A stretch of DNA of 64,000 nt from Solirubrobacteraceae bacterium (GCA_035553395.1 DASZKP010000068.1:2219-66218), one strand, 5' to 3'. Numbered from the stretch's first letter, positions 27,310-35,634 are shown. The notes: generated by a model not told the origin, from the sequence alone. Numbers and translations: made by a program.

Positions 27310-27996
27310 CTACGCGGTCGGTCGGGAGCCGCGGAGGAACTGGGCGATCGAGTCGGCGACGAGCTCGTCGAGCCGATCGAGCTCGATCATCCCGCCGGTG
27401 ACCAGGGCGGCGATCCCCTGGATCGTCGCGAACAGGACCAGGCCGATCCGGTCGGGAGTCCGTCGGTCGAGCGCGCCGTCGGCCTGACCCTGGTCGATCA
27501 GCTCAAGGAGCACCGAGAACGCCCGGGCGGCGGCGTCGTGGAGCGTGCCAGACTCGGCCCGGCGCTTGCCGGCGAACATCAGCTCGAGGAGGGCTGCGTC
27601 GTGCGTGGCAAAACGGATGTACGCGGCGGCGGTCGCCCGCAACCGCGCCTCGAATTCGTCGCCGGCCCCATCGACGGCGGCCCGGAGCTCTGCCCCGAGG
27701 CGGGCGAAGCCGGCCTGGGCGAGCGCGTCGAGGAGGGCCTGGCGGTCTGGAAAGTGCCGTCGGGGAGCGCCGTGGCTGACCCCGATGTCGCGGGCGAGCT
27801 CCCGCAGGGAGAGCTGCTGGGCGCCCCGCTCGCGCACGGTCAGCTCGGCCTGCTCGAGCAGCGCGGTCCGGAGGTTTCCGTGGTGGTAGCGCCGCTCGCC
27901 GTCGGCGTCGGTGTCGTCGCCGGCTCGCGGGCGCTCGATCGGACGGGGGGAAGGAGCCGGGTCGGTGGTGGCCGGGTCGTGGACAGGCAGGGTCAC
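27310..27996 (-). CDS. TetR family transcriptional regulator
   Basis: LSLRELARDIGVSHGAPRRHFPDRQALLDAL HTH motif. Confidence 0.9.
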   Translation of the reverse strand: MTLPVHDPATTDPAPSPRPIERPRAGDDTDADGERRYHHGNLRTALLEQAELTVRERGAQQLSLRELARDIGVSHGAPRRHFPDRQALLDALAQAGFARLGAELRAAVDGAGDEFEARLRATAAAYIRFATHDAALLELMFAGKRRAESGTLHDAAARAFSVLLELIDQGQADGALDRRTPDRIGLVLFATIQGIAALVTGGMIELDRLDELVADSIAQFLRGSRPTA

Positions 27997-28059
27997 GGAA
28001 GCCCAGCCTAGCGCAAGTAGGCATTGACATCTTTGCAGTCAACGTCTACATTGTTGTCT
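27997..28059. promoter_or_regulatory. divergent promoter/operator region between the TetR and SDR genes
   Basis: + strand: TTGACA 28024-28029, N17, TACATT 28047-28052, then 7 nt to ATG 28060. - strand: TAGGCT (rc of 28005-28010), 8 nt before GTG 27996. Palindrome TTGAC-N9-GTCAA at 28024-28042. Confidence 0.55.
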
Positions 28060-28959
28060 ATGACTACTTCAAGCGGTTTCCAGATTCCTGACATGACCGG
28101 CCGGAGCGTGATCGTGACCGGTGCCAACAGCGGAATCGGACGGGCGGCGGCCGGAGCCCTGGCGGGCGCGGGGGCTCGTGTCGTCCTTGCGGTGCGCGAC
28201 ACGGAGAAGGGCCGAGCGGCCGCGGCCGGGATGCCGGGCGAGACGGAGGTTCGCCGGCTCGACCTGGCGAGCCTCGATTCGGTGCGGGAGTTCGCGACGG
28301 GCTGGACTGGCGAGCTCGACCTGTTGATCAACAACGCCGGCGTGATGGTCCCGCCGCTGGGCCGCACGGCCGACGGGTTCGAGCTCCAGTTCGGGACGAA
28401 CCACCTCGGTCACTTTGCCCTCACCAACCTCCTGCTCGAGCAGATCACCGGCCGGGTCGTGACGGTCTCGTCGACCGGGCATCGGATGGGGCGGATCGAC
28501 TTCGACGACCTCAACTGGGAGCGCCGGCCGTACAAGGCGTGGCGGGCCTACGGCCAGTCCAAGCTCGCGAACCTCCTCTTCACCGCCGAGCTCCAGCGCC
28601 GGCTGACGGCCGCGGGGTCGGGTGTCCTCGCGACCGCCGCGCACCCTGGATACGCGGCGACCAACCTTCAGTTCAAGAGCGAGCGCCGCCTGCTGGACGT
28701 CGTCTCCCACGTCGGCAACCGCCTGCTTGCCCAGGACGAGGACGCCGGGGCCCTGCCGACGCTCTACGCGGCTCTCGCCGACATACCCGGCAACAGCTTC
28801 GCCGGGCCGTCGGGCTTCATGGAGATTCGCGGGGCCGCCGAGCTCGTCGGTCGGACCGACGCCGCGTCGGATCCCGACGTCGCCCGGCGGCTGTGGGACG
28901 TCTCCGAGGAGCTGACCGGCGTTCGCTTCCCGCTTAGCGCGCCCGTCGCCGCCTGGTAG
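28060..28959 (+). CDS. short-chain dehydrogenase/reductase (SDR)
   Basis: VIVTGANSGIGRAAA...NNAG...YGQSKLAN. Confidence 0.85.
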   Translation: MTTSSGFQIPDMTGRSVIVTGANSGIGRAAAGALAGAGARVVLAVRDTEKGRAAAAGMPGETEVRRLDLASLDSVREFATGWTGELDLLINNAGVMVPPLGRTADGFELQFGTNHLGHFALTNLLLEQITGRVVTVSSTGHRMGRIDFDDLNWERRPYKAWRAYGQSKLANLLFTAELQRRLTAAGSGVLATAAHPGYAATNLQFKSERRLLDVVSHVGNRLLAQDEDAGALPTLYAALADIPGNSFAGPSGFMEIRGAAELVGRTDAASDPDVARRLWDVSEELTGVRFPLSAPVAAW

Positions 28960-29018
28960 TTGCGCGGCTCGTTGAACCTTGCGGGCCTTGCGTGTTCGAG
29001 ATGTTTCTCCACCGAGTG

Positions 29019-29070
29019 CGAACGGTGTTCGGATACGAACGGTGTTCGGATACGAACGGTGTTCGTGTTC
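29019..29070. repeat. 17-nt tandem repeat x~3, each unit carrying the palindrome GAAC-N3-GTTC
   Basis: cgaacggtgttcggata twice, then cgaacggtgttcgtgttcaccg. A locally AT-richer convergent gap. Confidence 0.85.
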
Positions 29071-29172
29071 ACCGTAACGAGACCACGACAACGTTCTCGA
29101 GAGAAATCAGACGCGGCATTGGCCCGCTCGCCCCCGCTCGCCCCCCGTCCACCCGAGACCCGCCGCCGGCCC

Positions 29173-29529
29173 CTACGTCGACACGTGAGCCTGGAGCGTC
29201 TCCTCGCCGACCTCGCCGGTTCGGATCCGATAGGCCTGCTCGACCGGGAGCACGAAGACCTTGCCGTCACCGACCGCGCCGGTCCGCCCGTGCTTGAGGA
29301 CTGCGTCGACGACCGTCTGGACGTCTCCGGCCGACACGACGCACTCGATCTTCACCTTCGGACGGAGGTAGTTGGCGAGCGTCGCGCCACGGTAGCTCTC
29401 GGTGATCCCCTTCTGGCGACCGGATCCCTTGACCTCGGAGACCGACATCGACGGGAAGCCGAGCTCGAGCAGCTCGGTCCGGATCGGCTCAAACGCCTCG
29501 TGGCGGATGTAGGCCACAACCATTTTCAT
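29173..29529 (-). CDS. glnB: nitrogen regulatory protein P-II
   Basis: MKMVVAYIRHEAFEPIR...VSEVKGSGRQKGITESYRGA (T-loop with Tyr)...GDGKVFVLPVEQAYRIRTGE; SD GAGAGGGAG. Confidence 0.9.
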   Translation of the reverse strand: MKMVVAYIRHEAFEPIRTELLELGFPSMSVSEVKGSGRQKGITESYRGATLANYLRPKVKIECVVSAGDVQTVVDAVLKHGRTGAVGDGKVFVLPVEQAYRIRTGEVGEETLQAHVST

Positions 29530-29662
29530 GACGTGCTCCCTCTCGAGTCGAGATTCCGTTGGCGTAAGGCGATGCCCGAAAGATAGGTCTTCCCGATGTC
29601 GCGCGAATGACCGCCGGCCGCGGCTTCGCGCAGAGCAGGCCGGTCGGCGCGACCGGTCGGCT

Positions 29663-31009
29663 TCAGAGCAGGGCCGTCTGCGGTGAGGCGGCCGCCCCGT
29701 CGATCAGTCCGTCGATCTCGGCGAGATGCGCGCGGACCCGGCTGGCCATCGCGTCGACGATCTCGCCGGCCTTGTCGATCTGCGTGCGGGCGCCGGTCAG
29801 CTGCTGCTTGATCCGGCGGACCTCGTCCATCGCCGCGACTGCCCGCTCGCACGTCTCCCTGACCGCGGCGTAGTCGACCCGCTCGGTCGCCTCGCCGCTC
29901 CGAGCCATCAGGACCCGGGCCCGGGCCAGGGAGTAGCCGACCTGGAGGGCCAGCTGGGCTCCGCCGCCCGGGAGCTCTCCCGGCGGCGGGGGGTCCAGCG
30001 CGACGACGAGCTTGTCGCCGTTGTACTCACGGAGGGGGGTCATCCGCGCGGGGACGTCGGCCTCGCTTGGGACGATCAGGATCGCGTAGTCGGCGCTGCG
30101 GACGCGCAGGGCCCGGTCGAGCTCCTCGAGCGCCTTCGGCTGGCTGAGCCGGCCGGTCTTGGCCTCGAAGACGATCCGGCCGCGGGCCGGGCCGGACGCC
30201 GCACCGACTCCGACGACGATGTCACCGGTCCGGCGGGTGCCCTCGAGCAGATCGCCGACCGCGTCGCACCCGTCGCCCTGGGCGAGCGCCAGGCGGTCGA
30301 TCGCCTCGTGGACCTGCTCCTCGAAGGTCCTGCCCTTGGCCGTCCCCTTCTCCCGCTCGGCGGCGACCTCCTCGAATTTCTGGCGCTCGGCCCGGAGACC
30401 ACCGATCTCGAGCCGCATCTCGTCGATCCGTGACGCCATCGCGGTCAACTGCTCGGCCTGGCGGTCGGCCGCCTGGCGCATCATCGACTGTGCCATCGAC
30501 TTGAAGTCCGACAGGGGGTTGCTCGCGTCGGCCGAGGAGAACTGGCGGACGAGATCCGCCCGCGACTGGTTCATTACCTCGCCGACGATCGACCGGACCT
30601 GGTTCTGCACCGCGCTGGTCGAGTCCTCGCCGAAGTGCCGGGCGAGGACCTTGGCGACCTGGCCGTCGTCGGCGCCGAAGGCCTCGTCGACCTTCTGGTC
30701 GAGTCGCTCGGCGACCTTCCGCGCCCTCGCGATGAACTCGGTCTCGAGCTCCCTGGCGGCTCGCTCGAACTCGGCGCGGACGAACTCGGCGTTGGCTCCG
30801 GCCTGCTCGCGGTCGAGCACGCGCACGCCGATCTCGACGGCGTCGACGATCAGCTTCGTCGGGTCCTCGCCGGCCCGCTCGCGGTCGCGGACCAGGCGAA
30901 CGGCGCACTCGTCGTCGATCTCGAGCGCGTCGACCCAGACCCGGTCTCCCCGGGTTCGGACGTTGCTGCGAAAGAGTGTCGTTGCTGCTTCCATCGGCGA
31001 GCCAGCCAT
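29663..31009 (-). CDS. coiled-coil protein with a C-terminal PD-(D/E)xK-like nuclease core (DUF2130-like)
   Basis: Long Q/E/R/A-rich helical region, then TGDIVVGV...GRIVFEAKTGRLSQPKAL...SADYAILIVPSE (D ... ExK pattern). Start is ATG 31009 or 30994. Confidence 0.6.
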   Translation of the reverse strand: MAGSPMEAATTLFRSNVRTRGDRVWVDALEIDDECAVRLVRDRERAGEDPTKLIVDAVEIGVRVLDREQAGANAEFVRAEFERAARELETEFIARARKVAERLDQKVDEAFGADDGQVAKVLARHFGEDSTSAVQNQVRSIVGEVMNQSRADLVRQFSSADASNPLSDFKSMAQSMMRQAADRQAEQLTAMASRIDEMRLEIGGLRAERQKFEEVAAEREKGTAKGRTFEEQVHEAIDRLALAQGDGCDAVGDLLEGTRRTGDIVVGVGAASGPARGRIVFEAKTGRLSQPKALEELDRALRVRSADYAILIVPSEADVPARMTPLREYNGDKLVVALDPPPPGELPGGGAQLALQVGYSLARARVLMARSGEATERVDYAAVRETCERAVAAMDEVRRIKQQLTGARTQIDKAGEIVDAMASRVRAHLAEIDGLIDGAAASPQTALL

Positions 31010-31147
31010 CCTAGGTGCCGTCCCGGACGGACCCGCGCGGCGAGAGATCTGCCCAGGAGCAGGGAGATTTCGTCGAGCGGCGCACGGGCGCGGGGATCGC
31101 CGACAGGCGATCACGACGCTTGGCAAACGGACGTGGCCGCTCGCCGG

Positions 31148-31153
31148 TAGGTT
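31148..31153 (+). promoter_or_regulatory. -10-like box TAGGTT, 7 nt upstream of ATG 31161
   Basis: TAGGTT, then gcacgcc, then ATG. Confidence 0.4.
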
Positions 31154-31160
31154 GCACGCC

Positions 31161-32819
31161 ATGTCGGCGCCCGCGACCTCGAAGGCTGCCCATCTCGGGA
31201 ACACGCTTCACACCGTGCGCCAGCTGCTTCGGGCCGGCGTGGTTCGCTTCGAGCGTCCGGACAAGCTGATCGCCCTGGCGAAGGCGATCCGGGCGTGGGG
31301 GCCGACGCCGGCTGCCGGCTACACGGCGTCGGCGATCAGGGTCCCGGAGGCGATCGCGATCGACGACGAGATCGGAAGGCTGACCTTCAGGGAGCTCCAC
31401 CTCCGGACCAACGCGCTCGCCCGCGGGATGCGCCGGGCCGGCATCGTCGAAGGCGACGGGATCGGAATCCTCTGCCGCAACCACCGGGGTTTCGTCGAGG
31501 CGACCGTGGCCTGCTCGAAGCTCGGGGCCAGCGCCCTCTACCTCAACACCGGCTTCGCCGGACCGCAGATCCGCGACGTGATCGCCAGGGAGAACCCGGC
31601 CGGGCTGATCTTCGACGACGAGTACACGAGCCTCGTCGGCGACCAGGCGACCGGCCGGCTCTGCTTCGTCGCGTGGCACGACGACCCGGGCCCCGCGGAC
31701 GGCGGCCGCCCGACGCTCGAGTCGCTGATCGCGGCCGGACTTGCCGAGGGCGGCGCCGCCGTCGAGGACCTGACGCCGCCGAGTCGTCGCGGCAAGGTCG
31801 TGATCCTGACGTCGGGGACGACCGGCACGCCACGGGGGGCGGCTCGCCGCCAGCCCGAGTCGCTGAGCCCGGCGGCCGCCCTCTTCTCGAAGATCCCGCT
31901 CCACGCGCGCCAGCCGACGGTGATCGCCGCGCCGCTGTTTCACACGTGGGGATTTGCCCACTTCACGCTCGGCCTGGCGCTCTCGTCGACGCTGGTCCTG
32001 CGCCGCCGCTTCGATCCCGAGGAGATCCTCACGGCGACGGCGACGAGCGGGGCGAGCGCGCTGATCGTCGTGCCGGTGATGCTCCAGCGGATCCTCGAGC
32101 TCCCGCCGGCGTCGATCGCGGCGCTCGACCTCCACCGCCTGCGGATCGTCGCGGTCAGCGGTTCGGCCCTGCCGGGCGAGCTGGCGACCCGGGTGATGGA
32201 CGTCCTGGGTGACGTCGTCTACAACCTCTACGGGTCGACCGAGGTCGCGTGGGTGACGATCGCGACGCCGGCTGACCTGCGGGCGGCTCCGGGGACGGCG
32301 GGCAGGCCGCCGCGGGGGACGACGGTCCGCCTCTACGACGATGCCGACCAGCCGGTCGGGGCGGGGGCCCCGGGACGGATCTTCGTGGCCAACGAGATGC
32401 TCTTCGACGGGTACACCGGCGGCGGGAGCAAGGCGGTCATCGACGGGCTGATGAGTACGGGCGACGTCGGTCACTTCGACGAGGCCGGCCGGCTGTTCGT
32501 CGACGGTCGCGACGACGACATGATCATCTCGGGCGGGGAGAACGTCTTTCCCCGGGAGGTCGAGGACCTCCTCCACGCGCACCCGGAGATCGACGACGTC
32601 GCGGTGATCGGGATTCCCGACGAGAAGTTCGGTCAGGGGCTCAAGGCGTTCGTCGTGCTCGCGGCCGGCAGTGGTCTGGAGCCGGGCGCGGTGAAGACCC
32701 ACGTCAGGGAGAACCTCGCCGTCTACAAGGTCCCGCGGGAGGTCGTCTTCGTCGACGTGCTCCCCCGGAACGCGACCGGGAAGGTCCTCAAGCGGGAGCT
32801 CCGGCTCCGGCGCGGCTGA
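31161..32819 (+). CDS. AMP-dependent acyl-CoA synthetase/ligase
   Basis: ILTSGTTGTPRGA, YGSTE, TGDVG...DGRDDDMIISGGENV and GKVLKREL motifs. Confidence 0.88.
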   Translation: MSAPATSKAAHLGNTLHTVRQLLRAGVVRFERPDKLIALAKAIRAWGPTPAAGYTASAIRVPEAIAIDDEIGRLTFRELHLRTNALARGMRRAGIVEGDGIGILCRNHRGFVEATVACSKLGASALYLNTGFAGPQIRDVIARENPAGLIFDDEYTSLVGDQATGRLCFVAWHDDPGPADGGRPTLESLIAAGLAEGGAAVEDLTPPSRRGKVVILTSGTTGTPRGAARRQPESLSPAAALFSKIPLHARQPTVIAAPLFHTWGFAHFTLGLALSSTLVLRRRFDPEEILTATATSGASALIVVPVMLQRILELPPASIAALDLHRLRIVAVSGSALPGELATRVMDVLGDVVYNLYGSTEVAWVTIATPADLRAAPGTAGRPPRGTTVRLYDDADQPVGAGAPGRIFVANEMLFDGYTGGGSKAVIDGLMSTGDVGHFDEAGRLFVDGRDDDMIISGGENVFPREVEDLLHAHPEIDDVAVIGIPDEKFGQGLKAFVVLAAGSGLEPGAVKTHVRENLAVYKVPREVVFVDVLPRNATGKVLKRELRLRRG

Positions 32820-32937
32820 CCCCCCGACCCCCCGAGGCCCCGACCCCGCCGAGGCTCCGACCCCCCCGAGGCCCCGACCCCCCCGAGGCCCCGACCCCCG
32901 GGACCCCCCCCGAGGCCCCGACCCCGCCGCCCCCGAG
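32820..32937 (+). repeat. C-tract tandem array (~17-nt period, CGAGGCCCCGACCCC units) directly after the ligase stop
   Basis: Six or more units at ~32833, 32850, 32868, 32885 and 32911. The complementary strand is G-rich. Confidence 0.85.
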
Positions 32938-33063
32938 CCGTCGAGCGCCTGCGGCCCAGAGTCACGGGTCAGCCGACCTGGCACGCCGGGTCGGTCGAGC
33001 GGGGAGTCGTCGCGCAAGGGTGTCACTGGCCCGGCCGGGTCGCCGGCGTGCGATCATCCGCAG

Positions 33064-33957
33064 ATGGATCCAGGGAGGGGTTGGGGGATTGGCCGTGCGT
33101 ACGTGCTCGCCGGGGTGACTGTCACCCTTGCCGCGTTGGCGGTCGCAGGGGCGGCCGTTGCGGACACGTCGACGCCGGCCGACGCCTCGGGCACGACGGG
33201 TGCGACCGGCACGACGGGGCCGACGACGACGTGTGTCACGGCGGACTCGAGCTGTTCGGACGCGACGAGTCCGCCGTCGGCTCCGCGGCCGCCGACCTGC
33301 AAGGTGTCGGCCGCGACCTGCTCGACCGACCAGGTCCTCTCCAACGAGACGACGTCGACGACCTGGGCCTACGACGACGCTCCGAGCACCGTCCGTGTAT
33401 GGCCGTCGACGTCGTCGGCGCGGGTGGCGACGCTCCACGCGAACACCGAAGATGGCCTGCCGGAGGTCTACATCCTGCTCCGGGAGCGGCAGGTCGCCGG
33501 GATGAGCTGGGTCGAGATCCGGGTCCCGATGCGGCCGAACGGGACGACGGGATGGGTGCCGCGGGCGTCGCTGGACTACTTCAACACCGACACGACCGAG
33601 CTCGTCCTCGACAAGGCCAGCGAGCGGTTGCGCCTCTACAAGGCCGGCCGCCTGATCTTCTCGGCACCCGTGGGCATCGGAACACCCAGCGATCCGACGC
33701 CGGTCGGGCATTTCTGGATTCGCGAGGAGTTCCCGGTGCGCGGTGACCCGGCCTACGGCCCGTACGCGTTCGGGACGAGCGCGTACGCGCCCGGGCTGAC
33801 CGACTGGCCCGGCGGTGGCGTGATCGGCGTCCACGGGACCGACCAGCCCGGACTGGTTCCCGGGCGACCGTCGCACGGGTGCGTCCGCCTGAAGAACGCG
33901 GACATCAGCCGGCTGTCGCACCTCGTGCCGGTCGGCACGCCACTCCTCGTCCAGTAG
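33064..33957 (+). CDS. L,D-transpeptidase (YkuD domain), secreted
   Basis: N-terminal signal-like helix, T/G/S-rich linker, then HGTDQPGLVPGRPSHGCVRLKNADI. Confidence 0.85.
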   Translation: MDPGRGWGIGRAYVLAGVTVTLAALAVAGAAVADTSTPADASGTTGATGTTGPTTTCVTADSSCSDATSPPSAPRPPTCKVSAATCSTDQVLSNETTSTTWAYDDAPSTVRVWPSTSSARVATLHANTEDGLPEVYILLRERQVAGMSWVEIRVPMRPNGTTGWVPRASLDYFNTDTTELVLDKASERLRLYKAGRLIFSAPVGIGTPSDPTPVGHFWIREEFPVRGDPAYGPYAFGTSAYAPGLTDWPGGGVIGVHGTDQPGLVPGRPSHGCVRLKNADISRLSHLVPVGTPLLVQ

Positions 33958-33971
33958 TCGCCGCGGTCCAC

Positions 33972-34031
33972 GGTGGCGGGCGGCGGCGGTGCGCCGGTGG
34001 GCGGGCGGCGGCGGTGCGCCGGTGGCTGCGC
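33972..34031 (+). repeat. 24/25-nt tandem repeat (~2.4 copies) after the L,D-transpeptidase stop
   Basis: ggtggcgggcggcggcggtgcgcc, then ggtgggcgggcggcggcggtgcgcc, then ggtggctgcgc. Confidence 0.8.
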
Positions 34032-34044
34032 AACAATTTCGGGG

Positions 34045-34563
34045 ATGTCCGCGCGTGCAGACGTTTTCGACCTGGCGGGGCTGGGGCTGGCGACGGGAGA
34101 GGGCCGCCGACTGGAGCTGCGGGTTGGGATCGCGCCGCTGGCGTTGGCGAACGAGCGGTTCGAGGCGGTCCCGCGCGAGGTCGAGGCGATCCTCGACATC
34201 TCGCGGATGACGGGTTTCGGCCACGCCCTGCGGCTGCGGTTCAGGGCGGCGATCGCCGGCCCGTGCATGCGCTGCCTGGGGGAGGCGGCGCCGGTCGTCG
34301 ACGTGGACTCGCGAGAGGTGCATCAGCCGGGTAGCGGTCCGGAGCTGGAGAGCCCGTACGTCGTCGGCGACGTCCTCGACGTGTCGGCCTGGGCGCACGA
34401 CGCGTTCGCGCTGGCGGCTCCGGCGCAGGTCCTCTGCCGGCCGGGGTGCCTCGGGCTGTGCCAGGTGTGTGCGGCGAACCTCAACGACGCGGGACCCGAG
34501 CACCACCACGAGGCGCCGCCGGACCCGCGATGGGCGAAGCTCCGCGAGCTGAAGCTCGATTAG
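34045..34563 (+). CDS. yceD: YceD/DUF177 family protein
   Basis: GPCMRCLGEA...CRPGCLGLCQVCAANLN; upstream of rpmF as usual. Confidence 0.85.
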   Translation: MSARADVFDLAGLGLATGEGRRLELRVGIAPLALANERFEAVPREVEAILDISRMTGFGHALRLRFRAAIAGPCMRCLGEAAPVVDVDSREVHQPGSGPELESPYVVGDVLDVSAWAHDAFALAAPAQVLCRPGCLGLCQVCAANLNDAGPEHHHEAPPDPRWAKLRELKLD

Positions 34564-34566
34564 ACT
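34561..34566 (+). promoter_or_regulatory. -10-like box TAGACT (contains the yceD TAG), 7 nt upstream of GTG 34574
   Basis: TAGACT, then cggcggg, then GTG. Confidence 0.4.
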
Positions 34567-34573
34567 CGGCGGG

Positions 34574-35623
34574 GTGGCCACCGACTACGAGGGCGTCGCG
34601 CTCGGGCCCGGCACCGAAGGGGTGGGGCCCGACGAGCCGGAGATCGACCCGATCGCCGAGGTGATGGTCGTCGCGACCGTCGAGGATCTCGAGCCGCCGG
34701 GGGACTACGACATCGTCGGACGGGCGGCGACGGCGGTCGTCACGGGCGTCCCGCTGCTCCTGCTGGTCTACGCGGGCTACCGGGCTTGGGGGGGCGCGCT
34801 GCGGTGGACGGACCTCGTCGTGCTGTTCGTCTGCTACTTCACGACGGGCTTCGGGATCACCGTGGGCTACCACCGGCTGATGACCCACCGGGCGTTCGCG
34901 ACGGGCCCGCGGACACGTGGCGTGCTGGCGGCGATGGGCTGCGCGGCGATCGAGGGGCCACCGATCGAGTGGGTCGCCAACCACCGGATGCACCACGCGT
35001 TCTCAGACCAGGAGGGCGATCCCCACAGCCCGCACGTCGGTCACGGGACCGGTTGGCGGGGGGCTCTCAGAGGCCTCGCTCACGCCCATCTGGGCTGGTT
35101 GTTCACGTCGGAGTTCGCGAGCGAGGAGCGGTACGCGCCGGATCTCCTGGCCGACCCGACGGTCCGCTTCGTCGACCGGACGTTCTTCCTCTGGGTGCTC
35201 GTCGGCCTGGCCGTCCCGTTCGGGATGGGCTACGCGCTGACGGGGAGCATCTACGGGGCGCTGACGGCGCTGCTCTGGGGGGGAGCGGTGCGGATCTTCC
35301 TGCTCCACCACACGACGTTCAGCATCAACTCGCTGTGCCACTACTTCGGCAAGCGACGCTTCGACACCGAGGACGAGTCGCGCAACCTGCTGTGGCTGGC
35401 GCCGCTGTCGATGGGCGAGTCGTGGCACAACAACCACCACGCGTTTCCGACATCGGCGACGCACGGGATGCGCTGGTGGGAGCTCGACGTGTCGACGTGG
35501 GTGATCCGGGGACTGGAGGCGACGGGCCTCGCGTGGGACGTCGTGCGGATCAGCCGGGAGCGGCAGGAGAAGAAGTTCAGCCCGGCCGGCAGGGCCGAGG
35601 CCGCCGGCGGGCCGCCGGCCTGA
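34574..35623 (+). CDS. membrane acyl-CoA/acyl-lipid fatty acid desaturase
   Basis: Histidine boxes HRLMTH, HRMHHAFSDQEGDPHSP and HNNHHAFP. Confidence 0.88.
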   Translation: MATDYEGVALGPGTEGVGPDEPEIDPIAEVMVVATVEDLEPPGDYDIVGRAATAVVTGVPLLLLVYAGYRAWGGALRWTDLVVLFVCYFTTGFGITVGYHRLMTHRAFATGPRTRGVLAAMGCAAIEGPPIEWVANHRMHHAFSDQEGDPHSPHVGHGTGWRGALRGLAHAHLGWLFTSEFASEERYAPDLLADPTVRFVDRTFFLWVLVGLAVPFGMGYALTGSIYGALTALLWGGAVRIFLLHHTTFSINSLCHYFGKRRFDTEDESRNLLWLAPLSMGESWHNNHHAFPTSATHGMRWWELDVSTWVIRGLEATGLAWDVVRISRERQEKKFSPAGRAEAAGGPPA

Positions 35624-35628
35624 GCTGG

Positions 35629-35634
35629 TAGCCT
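35629..35634 (+). promoter_or_regulatory. -10-like box TAGCCT, 10 nt upstream of the rpmF ATG
   Basis: TAGCCT 35629-35634, ATG 35645. Confidence 0.3.

Noticed and set aside
28992-29297. 101-aa ORF across the AT-richer repeat region between the SDR and P-II genes.
   Set aside because: Its translation is dictated by the 17-nt repeat and overlaps the P-II gene antisense. It has no start context.
29530-29662. Possible GlnR-type box (TTAC-N6-GGAAT) upstream of the P-II gene.
   Set aside because: It matches only part of the gTnAc-N6-GaAAc consensus, and there is no second repeat at the expected spacing.
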